Part shown: one piece after another, positions 36,401 through 49,531 of the stretch
Position numbering within the stretch: the stretch's first letter is position 1
Layout of the letters: every line of letters begins with the position of its first letter
NCBI RefSeq assembly: GCF_006345805.1
Contig: NC_043003.1
Location: 86,986,001 to 87,050,000 of the forward strand
From: Octopus sinensis
Lineage: Eukaryota
Direction: 5' to 3'
Length of the DNA stretch: 64,000 nt
The notes under the pieces: model-generated
What the model saw: the letters and a program-made list of their open reading frames with translations, nothing else
Told to the model about the DNA's origin: nothing
Database searches by the model: none
Program-made: the position numbers and the translations under genes

Positions 36401-38390
36401 AAAATAAATTACTTTGCCGCATACTGAACTCATTAGAAATAGCAGCCAAAAAAAACTTTTTTAAAACTATTTCTAATACTTAAAGAAAACCTCTCTCACA
36501 TAGTGTTTGCTCAATTGAACTCACGAAAGTATGGGGGTAAAGACATTAAAAAATCAGATGCAAAGGTTATTTGAGAACGTACGTTTCAAGATTAGTCAAC
36601 TCGACACTTCTATCATCAGCTCAGAACTCCTTGGTTTGGATTTGAAAACACTGCTGCTATTTCTAATGAGTTCAGTATGCGGCAAAGTAATTTATTTTAC
36701 TAAGCCCTTTTATATAATGTAATAATTTGAATTCGCCTTAAATGGTCCCTTTGCATATTGAATACTTGGTGAAATTGATTAATTAATTAATTTTACCCTC
36801 AATTGTTGAAATTATAATTCATCTCTCTCTATTTAATGCCTCGGATTTTACCGAAAAAAGCATAGTGTTTACTGATTTTAACCCACGCTGGTGGAAAGGG
36901 GAGAGCAGAATTCATCGCTTGCATATTTGAGTTTGATGGCACTGTTAGTTTCGAGCAGATCTTCAGAAGCGATAAGAAGCCGAAAGGTATGCTCCCACTT
37001 TCAGTGTTTTCAAATCCAAACCAAGGAGTTCTGAGCTGATGATAGAAGTGTCGAGTTGACTAATCTTGAAACGTACATTCTCAAATAACCTTTGCATCTG
37101 ATTTTTTAATGTCTTTACCCCCATACTTTCGTGAGTTGAATTGAGCAAACACTATATGAGAGAGGTTTTCTTTAAGTATTAGAAATAGTTTTAAAAAAGT
37201 TTTTTTTGGCTGCTATTTCTAATGAGTTCAGTATGCGGCAAAGTAATTTATTTTACTAAGCCCTTTTATATAATGTAATAATTTGAATTCGCCTTAAATG
37301 GTCCCTTTGCATACTGAATACTTGGTGAAATTGATTAATTAATTAATTTTACCCTCAATTGTTGAAATTATAATTCATCTCTCTCTATTAATGCCTCGGA
37401 TTTTACCGAAAAAAGCATAGTGTTTACTGATTTTAACCCACGCTGGTGGAAAGGGGAGAGCAGAATTCATCGCTTGCATATTTGAGTTTGATGGCACTGT
37501 TAGTTTCGAGCAGACCTTCAGAAGCGATAAGAAGCCGAAAGGGTATGCTCCCACTTTCAGTGTTTTCAAATCCAACCAAGGAGTTCTGAGCTGATGATAG
37601 AAGTGTCGAGTTGACTAATCTTGAAACGCACGTTCTCAAATAACCTTTGCATCTGATTTTTTAATGTCTTTACCCCCATACTTTCGTGAGTTGAATTGAG
37701 CAAACACTATATGAGAGAGGTTTTCTTTCTTTAAGTATTAGAAATAGTTTTAAAAAAGTTTTTTTTGGCTGCTATTTCTAATGAGTTCAGTATGCGGCAA
37801 AGTAATTTATTTTACTAAGCCCTTTTATATAATGTAATAATTTGAATTCGCCTTAAATGGTCCCTTTGCATACTGAATACTTGGTGAAATTGATTAATTA
37901 ATTAATTTTACCCTCAATTGTTGAAATTATAATTCATCTCTCTCTATTTAATGCCTCGGATTTTACCGAAAAAAGCATAGTGTTTACTGATTTTAACCCA
38001 CGCTGGTGGAAAGGGGAGAGCAGAAATTCTTCGCTTGCATATTTGAGTTTGATGGCACTGTTAGTTTCGAGCAGATCTTCAGAAGCGATAAGAAGCCGAA
38101 AGGGTATGCTCCCACTTTCAGTGTTTTCAAATCCAAACCAAGGAGTTCTGAGCTGATGATAGAAGTGTCGAGTTGACTAATCTTGAAACGTACGTTCTCA
38201 AATAACCTTTGCATCTGATTTTTTAATGTCTTTACCCCCATACTTTCGTGAGTTCAATTGAGCAAACACTATATGAGAGAGGTTTTCTTTAAGTATTAGA
38301 AATAGTTTTAAAAAAGTTTTTTTTGGCTGCTATTTCTAATGAGTTCAGTATGCGGCAAAGTAATTTATTTTACTAAGCCCTTTTATATAA
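33498..38390. repeat. 556-559-bp tandem repeat: ~5.7 forward units, then ~3.1 inverted units
   Basis: Forward units start at 33498, 34055, 34613, 35169, 35727 and 36285. Orientation switches at 36653. Inverted unit borders at 36814, 37370 and 37929. Bounded by (TA)n on both sides. Confidence 0.95.
33785..33836 (-). ncRNA. Type I hammerhead-ribozyme-like motif (one per monomer; 6 on minus strand, 3 on plus strand)
   Basis: TGAG-CTGATGA-TAGAAGTGTCGAGTTGACTAATCTT-GAAA-CGTACG-T-T-CTCA: intact CUGAUGA/GAAA core, stem I, palindromic stem III, GUU cleavage triplet. Plus-strand copies at 37032-37083, 37587-37638 and 38149-38200. Activity untested. Confidence 0.65.
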
Positions 38391-38818
38391 TATATATATA
38401 TATATATATAATATGTGTGTGCTGGTTTGTTTATCTTCCCGTAGCTTAGCAGCTTGGCAAATAGTACCCAATAGAATAAATACCAAGCTTTAAGAAAGTA
38501 AGTACTTGGGTCAATTTGTTCGACTAAACCCTCTAAAACGGGGCCCTTACATGGTCATACTGTAATGACTGAAACAAGTGGAAGATAAAAGGTAAAAGTA
38601 ACAATACTTCGAATTTCTGTACCCATTTTAGAAGCTTTATTCCTATCAGATAGAATTGTATTCTATTGACATCATGACCATTTAGAAACTTCGAGAGAAC
38701 GTGAAATAACTCATTTTAAGGGACAGTGATACTCTAAGCATATAAAGCTATAGATAATACCGTGTAAATATTTGAGCCAATATTCATATCTCGAAGCTTC
38801 TAAATTCTTATGATATCC

Positions 38819-38866
<48 letters not shown>

Positions 38867-39507
38867 TATAGGTGGTGACAAGAAGAAATGTCCATTCACA
38901 GACACTTTTTCCTTTTATCGTTTCCTTTACTTGTTTCAGTCATCAGATAGCGGCCATGCTGGAGCACCACCTTGAATTTTTTTTAGTCGAATGGATCAAC
39001 CGAACGTAAACACACTAAAATCGGTTGTCAAGAGGTAGTGGGGAACAATCACAGACACAAAAACACACACACAGATATATACATACACATACAAACACAC
39101 ACACACATATATATATATATAACCGGTTTCTTTCTGCGTGGCTCCTTGGGCAAGTGTCTTCTACTATAGCCTCGGGCCGACCAAAGCCTTGTGAGTGGAT
39201 TCGGTAGACGGAAACTGAAAAGAAGCCCGTTGTATATATGTATATATATATATGTTAATAAAATAGAATATATGCATATATATAAACATATATGTACGTA
39301 CCTACCTCTACATGTACATATACACGCATATATGTGTACAGGACACCAAAAAGACGTCGAACACATAGAGAGACGAAACACATAGACACAAACCAAGGAA
39401 CAAGACGAGCAAAAAAAAGGGGAGAGATACAGGACAATAAGCACAACGAAAAATCCCCTTCTTCAGTCGCTAAGATTTCATCTACTAAACGTTTCGAAGG
39501 ATAAAAG

Positions 39508-39617
<110 letters not shown>

Positions 39618-40640
39618 ATTTGTCCCCCAAAATCGCTTGACAACCGATGCTGGTGTGTTTACGTCCCCGTCACTTAGCGGTTCGGCAAAAGAGACCGATA
39701 GAATAAGTACTAGGCTTCCAAAGAATAAGTCCTGGGGTCGATTTGCTCGACTAAAGGCGGTGCTCCAGCATGACCACAGTCACATGACTGAAACAAGTAA
39801 AAGAGTAAACGAGTAAGCATCTCATTAATGATGCAGAATTAGGTGCGATGACTGTGCCCGTTACCGACCCCATTTATTCGAAGGTAATATTGCTTGACAT
39901 AAAAAAAAAAAGTTGTTGCTTTTGTAACGTTAGTGAAATATGTGTCTTGCACTTTCTGCGTGCAAGCTATGTGCAATCACTTTCCGTTGCTTTAATAATC
40001 CAGATTCTACCAGTCAGAAACAACAAGACGCAAACGTAAAAAATATATATCTACTTTATTCTCTTATGACAGTAACAAATAAGTGGTATATCTGGTTCCG
40101 CTTGGTATGGATGTGTCAGAGCTGAACTTTATCGCTGTAGAATTTACAGTGTTCAAATGCAAACAACACTGCCAAGATGGCGTCCGATTAGGGAGAGAAA
40201 ATGATGTGGTCGGCAACAAATCCTGGTTAAAAGTCTTCGGCCGCTGCTGCTATAGGAAATATCTGGACAGAGAGAATTACACGTCTTGTGCCTTCAGTCG
40301 ATGTGTCTCAAGTCACTGCCTACTGGGCGCTGGTGGTCAACGTCCTACGCTCCCCTTGCCTCGCGGCTAAACTGCCACGTAGGCAAATGGTCCCTCTTCC
40401 GGTGGTGAAAGCACCAACCCCGCACGCACGAAACAGAAATGGACGGTGCGCGCGCGCGCCGTTGTACAGGATCACTACACTTTCTAGAGCAACTATATTC
40501 CTTATAGTAAAAAATCTTTTGAGAATCGCACCAGAATTTTTGTGGCCATTTATGTATCAAGAAATCCATCGCCTCCAGTCTTAATTCATATATATTTGTG
40601 TAGAACTACTTACATTCGTTTTTATACGTAAAACGTCACC

Positions 40641-40940
40641 TTTTTCAAGCCTAGCCAGGCTCATGGGCCTGGTTCCCCGGTTTCTGTGGCGTATGTGTTC
40701 CCCCCAGCTGGACGAGACGCCTGTCCATCGCAGCGTTACTCAAGAAACAGGAAGAGAAAGTGAGAGAAAGTTGTGGCGAAAGAGTACAACAGGGGTCACC
40801 ACCACTCACTGCCGGAGACTCGTGGAGCTTTTTCAGGTGTTTTCGCTCAATAAACACACACAACGCCCGGTCTGGGAATCGAAACCGCGATCCTCCGACC
40901 GCGTGTCCGCTGCCCTAATCTACTGGGTCATTGCGCCTCC
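40641..40940 (-). mobile_element. SINE D variant with a different 3' module
   Basis: The 5' ~190 bp match 32308-32500. The sequence then switches to an unrelated ~110-bp tail. Confidence 0.75.
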
Positions 40941-41749
40941 ACATTCGCTTTTATATCTATAGCTTAAAGGCAGACCTAATAATTTCCTGTATTAGAAAAG
41001 AAAGATCTGTATATGTGATGCTTTTTTTAACTATGTTGAGGTTATGCTTTCGTCAGGAAAGATGATCCTACCAGTCATTATCATTGTTCTTTGATGATGA
41101 TGATGATGATGAAGAGGATGATGATGTTTTGTAATATTCAAATAACGATTTCTAATTGTTTCCGATTTAGGCACAAGACCAGCAATTTTGAAAAGATGGG
41201 CTAATCGATATCAATGATCTCACTACTTCACTAGTTCTTTCTCTAATGTGATGAAAAGCAAAGTTGACCTCAGCGGGATTTGAACTCTGCATGTAAAGTG
41301 CGGGAGCAAATGCTGCAGGGCATTTTACCGATGCTCTAACGATTCTCCTAATTCACATGCACACGGCCAGAAAGTACTGCAGGAACAGCTAATTTTGTCG
41401 ATATGGTTTTGAACCAGATCGGACGATCTCGGTATAGTTTTGAACTCAGACCGTAAAGGGGCATAACTAAGTGCCGCAAGATTTTTTTCGAAATAGCACA
41501 CGTAGGGAAAATAACTGTGCAAGGGAGATAACTGTATTACATCTGCTAGGGGAAAGAACTCTTTGTTTAAGTTTTAAAGCAAATTAATATTAATGATGTA
41601 ATGGTATATTGATTTTTTATAGTTAATTATAGTAATTATCATCTGATAATTTTTAAGTGACTTTTATTTCTGGCCAAAATATTAAATAAATCGATTTTCT
41701 TTTATTCTATATCGTTAACCTTATTAGATAACTTTTATCTTCTTTTTAT

Positions 41750-42517
41750 ACATTGTCTAGCTCAGTGTCTCTCAACAATTTCTGCGATGCAACTATCATC
41801 ACCATCTACAAGAAGGGAGACCGAGAGGATTGCAACAACTATCAGGACGTCTCCCTCCAGAGTATTGCAAGTAAGATCTTTGCCCGTATCCTACTCCTCA
41901 TCTTCGCGGAAGAGTCCTCCCTGAGTCTCAGTGTGGCTTTCGACCCTCTCGAGGCACAATCGACATGATCTTTTGTGCCCATCAATGGGAAGATCACGTT
42001 ACCAACAACCAGATTCTTTGCCGCGCCTCACTACCAAGTGTCAAAGCCACCATTCTTCGCCATCGTCTCCGCTGGGCAGGTCACGTCCAGTGTATGGCAC
42101 CCCCCCCCCCCTGTCTCCCAAGGATCATGCTCTACGGAGAACTTGCAATCGGAACAAGACCCAGAGGAGGTCCGAAATTCCGTTTTAAAGACCAGCTTAA
42201 ACGGAACTTGGCTCAAACTAACATCCAGCCATCCTCATGGGAACATATTGCCATGGATAGGACAGTCTGGAGGGCTGCTATCCGCAATGGAGCCAGCTCC
42301 TTCGAGCAGAACAGACAACAGAATGAGGAGACAAAACGCAGAAGAAAGGAGCATTTTCAACATCTTCGACCTGTACCGACCATCCCATGCGAGTTCTGCC
42401 CACAACTCTTTCACCAACGACTTGGACTCCAAAGTCACTTTCGGCACAAAGATCAGCCGAGGAGACTGGACGGAAACTGACGAACCCAATGCTCGGATAC
42501 GAGCTGAAGCGGACTAG
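41750..42517 (+). mobile_element. RTE LINE 3' part lacking the RT core
   Basis: DATIITIYKKGDREDCNNY and LPESQCGFRPSRGTIDMIFCA are joined directly to HQWEDHVTN...RLRWAGHV...LYGEL and a C-terminal CEFC...H..H finger. Confidence 0.85.
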
Positions 42518-43800
42518 TAGGCAAGTGCTATCTTTCGCTGCACAGCGAAAGTCCCATGTGCAGCAATACATTGTGGGCATGGCGCTTTACAAGCAATAGT
42601 CACTGAACTTCAGCATCATTTTCATCAAACCAGCCTCTATATCTAGCAGTAGCATATCCCAGTGTTTCAGCAGCACATTGAAGAACCTGGTCTTGAAAAC
42701 CTTGCCATACTGTAATATATCTTGTGGACATTCAGACGCCGAGGAATGCCAACTGGCCCTCTTCTCTCTTTCACTCTAATTATCATCCGGAACTTTGCTC
42801 GCACCAGACTGTGGTCTGTCCAGCATTCCGATCCATGAAAGGACTTGATATTACAAATGTCATAGACGTTTGCGGATGATGACATAATCCAGCAAGTGCC
42901 AAACTTTAGACCTAGGATGCATCCACGTTGTTGTATGATCACCTTTGTGCATAAAATGAGTGCTTGCGATGTAAAGTCCATGTTCATCACAAAGCTCCAT
43001 TTTCCCTACACCAAAATGTTCTAGAGAGTTCCATGTTTGCCAATCTGTTCCAGCCCTGGCGTTGAAATCCCCCAGTAAAATAACTTTATCAGAAATTAAA
43101 ATTTTCTTAAGTGTGGCTCTCAGCTGGGTATAAAACATAGTTTTATCTTCATCACAAGTCAGTGCATAGGCACTTATTAGAGGACCAAATCGCCCACCTT
43201 TCAGGTGCAATCGTAGAGTCATTAAACGTTTATTTATAGGAACAGGAATCTCCTCCAACTTCATAAGGATATCAGATCGAACTGCAAAGCCAACGACAGT
43301 CTCTCTGTACTCCTACTTCAGTTTCCCCTTCCAAAAAAAAACTGTGCATCCACCTCTTACTTCCTCAAGCTGAACATCACCTTCTATACGAGTCTCTGAA
43401 AGTGCAGCTATATCAATGTTATAGCGGTTCAGCTCGCGAGCAACAAGTGCAGTGCATCTCTGAGGCCTAGAATTACTCTTTTTATCGAACAGAATGCTCA
43501 CATTCCAGCATGAAATGATGAAGTTCCATCCAGATTTTGTAAAAAAAAAAAGTCTCTTTGTTTTTCGAGTGCAGAGTGAACATCCGTCAGTCGCGCTAAA
43601 CTGACGAGATATAGAGAGAGAGGCAATTTTTGGTTCACCTCCGGGTGAGCAGTGCCCTTTCCAAATGGAACTGCTCAGAGTCCCATGCAGTAACCGATTC
43701 CTATAGCTGTCTTGGGCGACAAGGAGACGACTTCATATCTAGCATGGGCCGCCTACGAGCAGGTCGTAGACTACATGCTTCCAACTCGTCAGGTCAGCAT
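42518..43800 (-). mobile_element. RTE LINE 5' part (APE endonuclease), frameshifted
   Basis: CWNV...TALVARELNRYNIDIAALSETR, ILLGDFNAR, TWMHPRSKVWHLLDYVI, CWTDHSLV and WFDENDAE. Confidence 0.85.
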
Positions 43801-44510
43801 GCTTCGCCATCTTCCCAACGCCACAGGACTTCCGAATAAAAATAAATAAATATATACTAAAATATATACTGAAAATAAAATAAATATATACAGGAAAAAA
43901 AGTAGCACATATGGAGCAGAGGTCAGCAATGCCTGTGCAGAGTTTTAGGTCCAATAAGGCTCGCACGATACCTCATAGACCCTCTCCACTCTATTTACAT
44001 TATCCAGAGACAAGCCAGAGCGAGATGTCTGGTGCCAATATGAGTCGCAGGCTCAAGGATATGGGAGCTCCATGAGCTCTAGCACAAACCAAAGATTCCC
44101 AAAATATCCAATGCCATTTGCTGCATATCTGGTTTTATATCAGAGTGACCTTTTCCTAGATACATGCTTTAACAGAAGCTGAGGGGTGCCTCACACCCAG
44201 TGGTCTTCTAGCACGCCGGACACCATCCCGGAATTTCTGCGTACCCGTGCTATTGCTAGATAGCCGTTGAGACTGCACTAGGTTCATCCGACCTTTCAGC
44301 AGGTCTTGTTTTAAATCCTGCTGGGTTTCTAGCAACCCGCCTCACCAGGGTAAGCTGGTGGGGGTGTCGGTTTAATCATCGACAACCCGACCATGCCACA
44401 GGCTGTACTGGATTCCATGTTACCAGTAGCACTTATGAGAGCCTCATAAGTGACCTGACATAATATATATATATAATGTATGTGTGTGTATGTATGTATG
44501 TATGTATGTA

Positions 44511-45620
44511 TTGGGTTGGTAACTAAGTTCCCGCCGTTTTTTTTAATTTTGGAATCTATTTTTTTCGAGAATTCTATTTTTGAATCATTTTGGAATCTAT
44601 TTTGTTTTCTTTTTTCCTAGTTAATTTTAGTTAATTTTTGTTTATTTTCAGATCATTAATATAGAATGTCAAGTTAATAAAAACGAGCATTTTCGACACT
44701 TCCTTTTTGCTTTTAATCAAGGTTCTAAGGCCGCAAAAGCTGCTCGCAACATTTGTGCTGTATATGGAAAGGGTGCCATAGCTGAAACAACTGTTTGTAA
44801 TTTTGTATGCCGAGTTCAAAAATGGAAATTTTGACCTCAAAGACGCACCTCGTTCTGGCCGTCCAGTTGAGTTCGATGAAGAGCGATTAAATCAACTTTT
44901 GCACGAAAATTCTCGTCAAACAACAAGGGAACTGGCAGAGAAAATGGAATGCTCCCTCACTGCTATAGAGAAGCATCTTCACTCGATAAGAAAAGTTCAG
45001 AAGTATGGAGCATGGGTTCAGCATGCTTTAAGTGACAACAACAAAAATCAACGAGCCACAATCTCCGCTGGTTTTCTTGCTTGTCACCGCTCAACTAATG
45101 GACACAAGCAACAATTTCTTTACTGAATCGTAACTGGCGACGAAAAATGGTACCTGTACATCAATATAAAGCAGCGAAAGGAATGGCTTAGCCCTGGTAA
45201 ACAAGCGACACCGCGCGTGAAACAAGATCTTCATCCGCATAAAACGATGATGTGCGTATGGTGGGACTGGGAAGGGATTATCCATTACGAATTGCTTGAA
45301 CGGAAGCAAACGGTCAACGTGAAACTCTATGATCAACAGATGGAACGACTCAACACGGCTATTCAAGAAAAAAAACCCTAATCGGCAGCATGAAGTTCTT
45401 CTGCTGCACGACAACGCCCGCCCTCATATCGCCAATATGATCAAGGAAGGCATTCAAATGCATGGCTGGGAAGTGTTGCCGCACCCACAGTACTCTCCTG
45501 ATTTGGCACCAATGGATTTCCACCTCTTTCGATCTCTTTCAAATGCTATGCGCGGAGTTTCGTTCAGTACTGATGCAGAATTGAGAGCTTGGTTCAATCA
45601 ATTTTTCGAGTCGAGATCGG
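44511..45620 (+). mobile_element. Decayed mariner (Tc1/mariner, DD34D), 3' end lost
   Basis: TA followed by TIR TTGGGTTGGTAACTAAGTTCCCGCCGTTTT. DAPRSGRP, IVTGDEKW, HDNARPH and YSPDLAPMD with 34-residue spacing. Start codon mutated to ATA; stop and frameshifts present. Confidence 0.92.
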
Positions 45621-45790
45621 ATGATAAAAGAATAAAAGAATATATGCTCATTTTATCGACCGCCGAAAGGATGAAAGACAATGTGAAATTTGAAATTTGA
45701 ATTCGATGCGTAAAGACGGACGAATTGCCTCAAAGCATTTTGCCGGCATGCTAACGATTCTGTCAGTTGGCTGCCCTTGTGTGTGTGTGT

Positions 45791-45834
<44 letters not shown>

Positions 45835-46509
45835 GTATGTATGTGTGTGTGTGCGTGTGTGCGTGTGCGTATGTGTGTGTACTCATTGACGACGCAAGCG
45901 CGCTTGACTCTAAATTATAAAGTAAGCTATGTTAAAACGAACTCTTTTTGTTCCATTTTCCAGGATAAGGTGAATAATGTTTCGGAATCAGTGTAGCACG
46001 ATAAATTAGTTTAATTCTAGAATGTTTTATCAAACATGTGAATGCATGAAGAGACAGCAAATGCTGGTTCTTTCGACGTTTCGACAAGCTTACTGAAGGT
46101 CTGTGTCGGCAAATATTAATATAATGCGTTTAAACTAGTGGTTTTTCATATGACCCCCGAGGGTATATATATGAAGTTTGGGTGTCCGAGAAACAGAATA
46201 ACAAATTGGAGATCTACAACAGTATTTTAAGGGCCCCTGAAAAAATTTTGCTTTAGATGTATGTATTGGTATGTATTGCAAGAAACAGCTAGGTTTCTTT
46301 CTCTAACATTTTACATAGTTCAACCTACAGAAGAGAATATGTGTAAAACAAAATAGGAATTTTGAAAGCAGTTTCTATGAAACTAGTTTTAAAACATTGA
46401 ATGGTTATGGGGTATCAAAATAAAATAGGTTCATAGCTAAAAAGAAAAGTGGTTGAAAAAATCAGGTTAAAAAGGTGAATATATTTTACGTCACGAGAAT
46501 GAAGAGAGG

Positions 46510-47345
46510 CCTAAGATTTCGAGTAGATCTCCATCAAGATTTCCCAAGGATGTCGTCTCTCTTGCTCACCACTTATATCCTATAGAACTCAATTGTGGAA
46601 CTTCCACCGACCGCATTACTCGACTGACAGAGGGCTTTGAGCGTTTACTGACACACCAGATGCCTAGCGCCCTTTCTCGGTCTACGTTTGATTCAGTACT
46701 GTAATTCCGTCAATGAGACGAGCTGCGGAAAGTCCTGTCTGACAAATAGCTGTTTCTTTATTACTCACAAGGGGCTAAACATAGAGGGGACAAACAAGGA
46801 CAGACATAGGTATTATGTCGATTACATCGACCCCAGTGCGTAACTGGTACTTAATTTATCGATCCCGAAAGGATGAAAGGCAAAGTCGACCTCGGCGGAA
46901 TTTGAACTCACAACGTAACGGCAGACGAAGTACCGCAAAGCATTTCGCCCGGTGTGCTAACGCTTCTGCTAGCTCGCCGCCTTGACAAATAGCGACCACA
47001 CCTGCTCACCGTCATGGAAACGTTGGAGATGTTGCAGCCTCAGCACATGTCTTTGCATCATTAGCTACATCATGCCCAGTCCTCCACTCAGTGGTTGCAG
47101 ACAGTAGACGGACCGACCGTCTGACGAGCGGAACACGTTCCTTCAACTGAAAGTGGAAGAGCAAGCGCTCCAGCTTGATCAGTCACGAAGCAGGGCAAAG
47201 GATGACCGTCGGGCAGTATTTGATAACAGCTGCGATGTATGTATTCGCCACCTCCGCCCGACCCTTCAAGGACAGCTTCCTTTCTGCCCGTTTCTGGTTG
47301 AGATGAGCCATCCTTCTCGTCACCTCCTTCAAGATCGTTGTTGCT
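46510..47345 (-). pseudogene. Tx1/L1-clade ORF2 remnant, split by SINE A (46751-46982, TSD TGACAAATAGC)
   Basis: AERKLSLKGRAEVANTYI...KLERLLFHF...VRR...PLSGGLGM matches the L1/Tx1 post-RT region. Confidence 0.7.
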
Positions 47346-48018
47346 TATGTTGTCTGCGGGTTTCCTTTTTTTTTTTTTTTGCTCACTGATTTTTGTGTCA
47401 ATGGTCATTTAGGCATTTAGGAAAGTGAGTGATGGGAGAGGAAGAAAACCTTTTTAGGAAGTCTGGTAGAAGGAACGATTCTCCCACCTCAATGCTTTCA
47501 TGATGGCTGTTGATGACTCCATCTTGTATACGTATTTTTTAAAAAGTGGACGGCTATTTTATGAAGACATAAATTACGCCCTCTATGGGGAAAAAACCAT
47601 GGAACACCACCCAAGACATTGTTGGTGTTCTTATTAACAAATTAGGACAAAAAATTAGCACATAAATTGTTAACAAAATGGTGAACACAACAATTATAAT
47701 CGAAAACCACGAAGCGTATTCAAAAGTACGTCAGTAGTACTCCGCAGTAAGAAGAAGAAGAAGAAGAGAAGAAGGCGTGTTGTTATTAACCAGGTATGAC
47801 GTCAAATCATTCACCATATCCAGGTATGTAGAAATTAGACTTTTTTTTAAACGTCAGTCAATGCTTTACGGATTTTTGACCATGTTAATTTATGTAATCT
47901 ATTATATTACTATTAACAATACACGCACATATAATACACACACACACGCACACATACACATACACATACACACATATATATGTATTCACAGACACACGCA
48001 TATATGTATGTATGTATG

Positions 48019-48061
<43 letters not shown>

Positions 48062-48430
48062 TTATTCTGCCGGAGTCTTTTTATCTACCCGCTGAGTTAC
48101 AGGGATGATGGTAGAGGACACACACACACACACACACTTCTCTGAGTGTGTGTGTGTGTGTGTGTGAGAGTGTGTGAGTGTGTGTGAGAAAGAGAGAGAG
48201 TTTATGTGTGTGTATGTGTGTGTAAGGGGGCTTGAATGCAAGTAAGCATGTCTCTATGCGTGCATTAGTGTACATATGCGTCTCTGAGGATACATTCTGC
48301 ATACGTACACGTGTATATATGTTGATATGTGCGTGAGTAATTTCCTAACGTCATAATGTTATAGTCCGGTTTTATTTTAATCACAAACATCGTGGGAATA
48401 TTTTAATCAGAGAGAACAAGGAAAAGAGAA

Positions 48431-48479
<49 letters not shown>

Positions 48480-48971
48480 GAGAGAGAGGGATAGGTGGGA
48501 GAGAGGGCATTATTTCATTGTAAGAAATGCCTTCAGGTTGATTATTTCTCCAGTAACGCCAACAGCAATTTATTACACAGACGTATAATTTGACCTCATC
48601 AAACAAATTAACGAATAAATCCTACGTAACTTTAGGCAATTAAAACTTTTGTATGCAGTAGATTAAGTTGAAACAATTTTTTTCTATTGTATCTTTCACA
48701 GTTAAGATTCTTTATTGGAATATTAATCACTATCAGTATTTGAGTGGTATTTTATTTTATTGACCTTGAAGAATGATAGGCCACGTTGACCTCAACAGGA
48801 TTTGAACCCCAGAATGTAGATGTACAGCACAAATTTTTTATCACTATAAACAAACTATTAGCGCAGATTGTTCAGCAAAAAATTGCAGAAAGCCTTTCTA
48901 GGACTACGAGAGACTGCTATCGTATCTTTCATATGTAAAAAAAAAATAGGCGACGGGGAGAGAGAAAAGTC

Positions 48972-49260
48972 TTATTATCGCCGCCTTAGCGAAGGCGGGG
49001 GTATTGTTTTCAGTCGTGTTTGTTTGTCCGTGGACAAGATATTTCAAGAACCGCTGGATGGATTCGGATGAAACGTTCAAGGATGTTTGGCCTTGTGACT
49101 GGCACGAACTGATTAGATTTTGGGATCGATCCAGTACCGGACAAGAATTCTGGATTATTTGTTATATTTACTTTACTTTACATGAAGTATTACGACCTTA
49201 CGTTGATTTTCAAGTCTTTCTCTGATTATCTCCCTCGGTAGCACGCTCATGGTTTCCACG
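48972..49260 (+). mobile_element. Helentron/DINE-1-like non-autonomous element
   Basis: TT start, short hairpin CCGCCT-TAGCGA-AGGCGG, and GTTTGTTTGTCC microsatellite. A second fragment lies at ~49770-49860. Confidence 0.45.
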
Positions 49261-49531
49261 TAAGTTATGGCGGCGTTGCTGTTTCCAAAGTTTTATTTTC
49301 GTTTCTTTATTATTAATTTTACTCGTGTCTCTATCTTAGTAGAAACTGATGGATAAAGGAACCAGACTACATAAATAAACGGCAGCAAAACCGTTCAGTA
49401 ACAATAATAAATTTAATTTATCCTCGACAATTTTTAATTTTACCAAATTTGAATATATCGCTCCTGTTTAAAACCTCTTACATACTTGATTATTGCATTT
49501 CTAGCTCTGCCTCGAAGGAAGCTTTACTTCT

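Noticed and set aside
41750-43800. Twin-priming origin of the RTE inversion
   Set aside because: The halves are convergent, whereas twin priming yields divergent halves.
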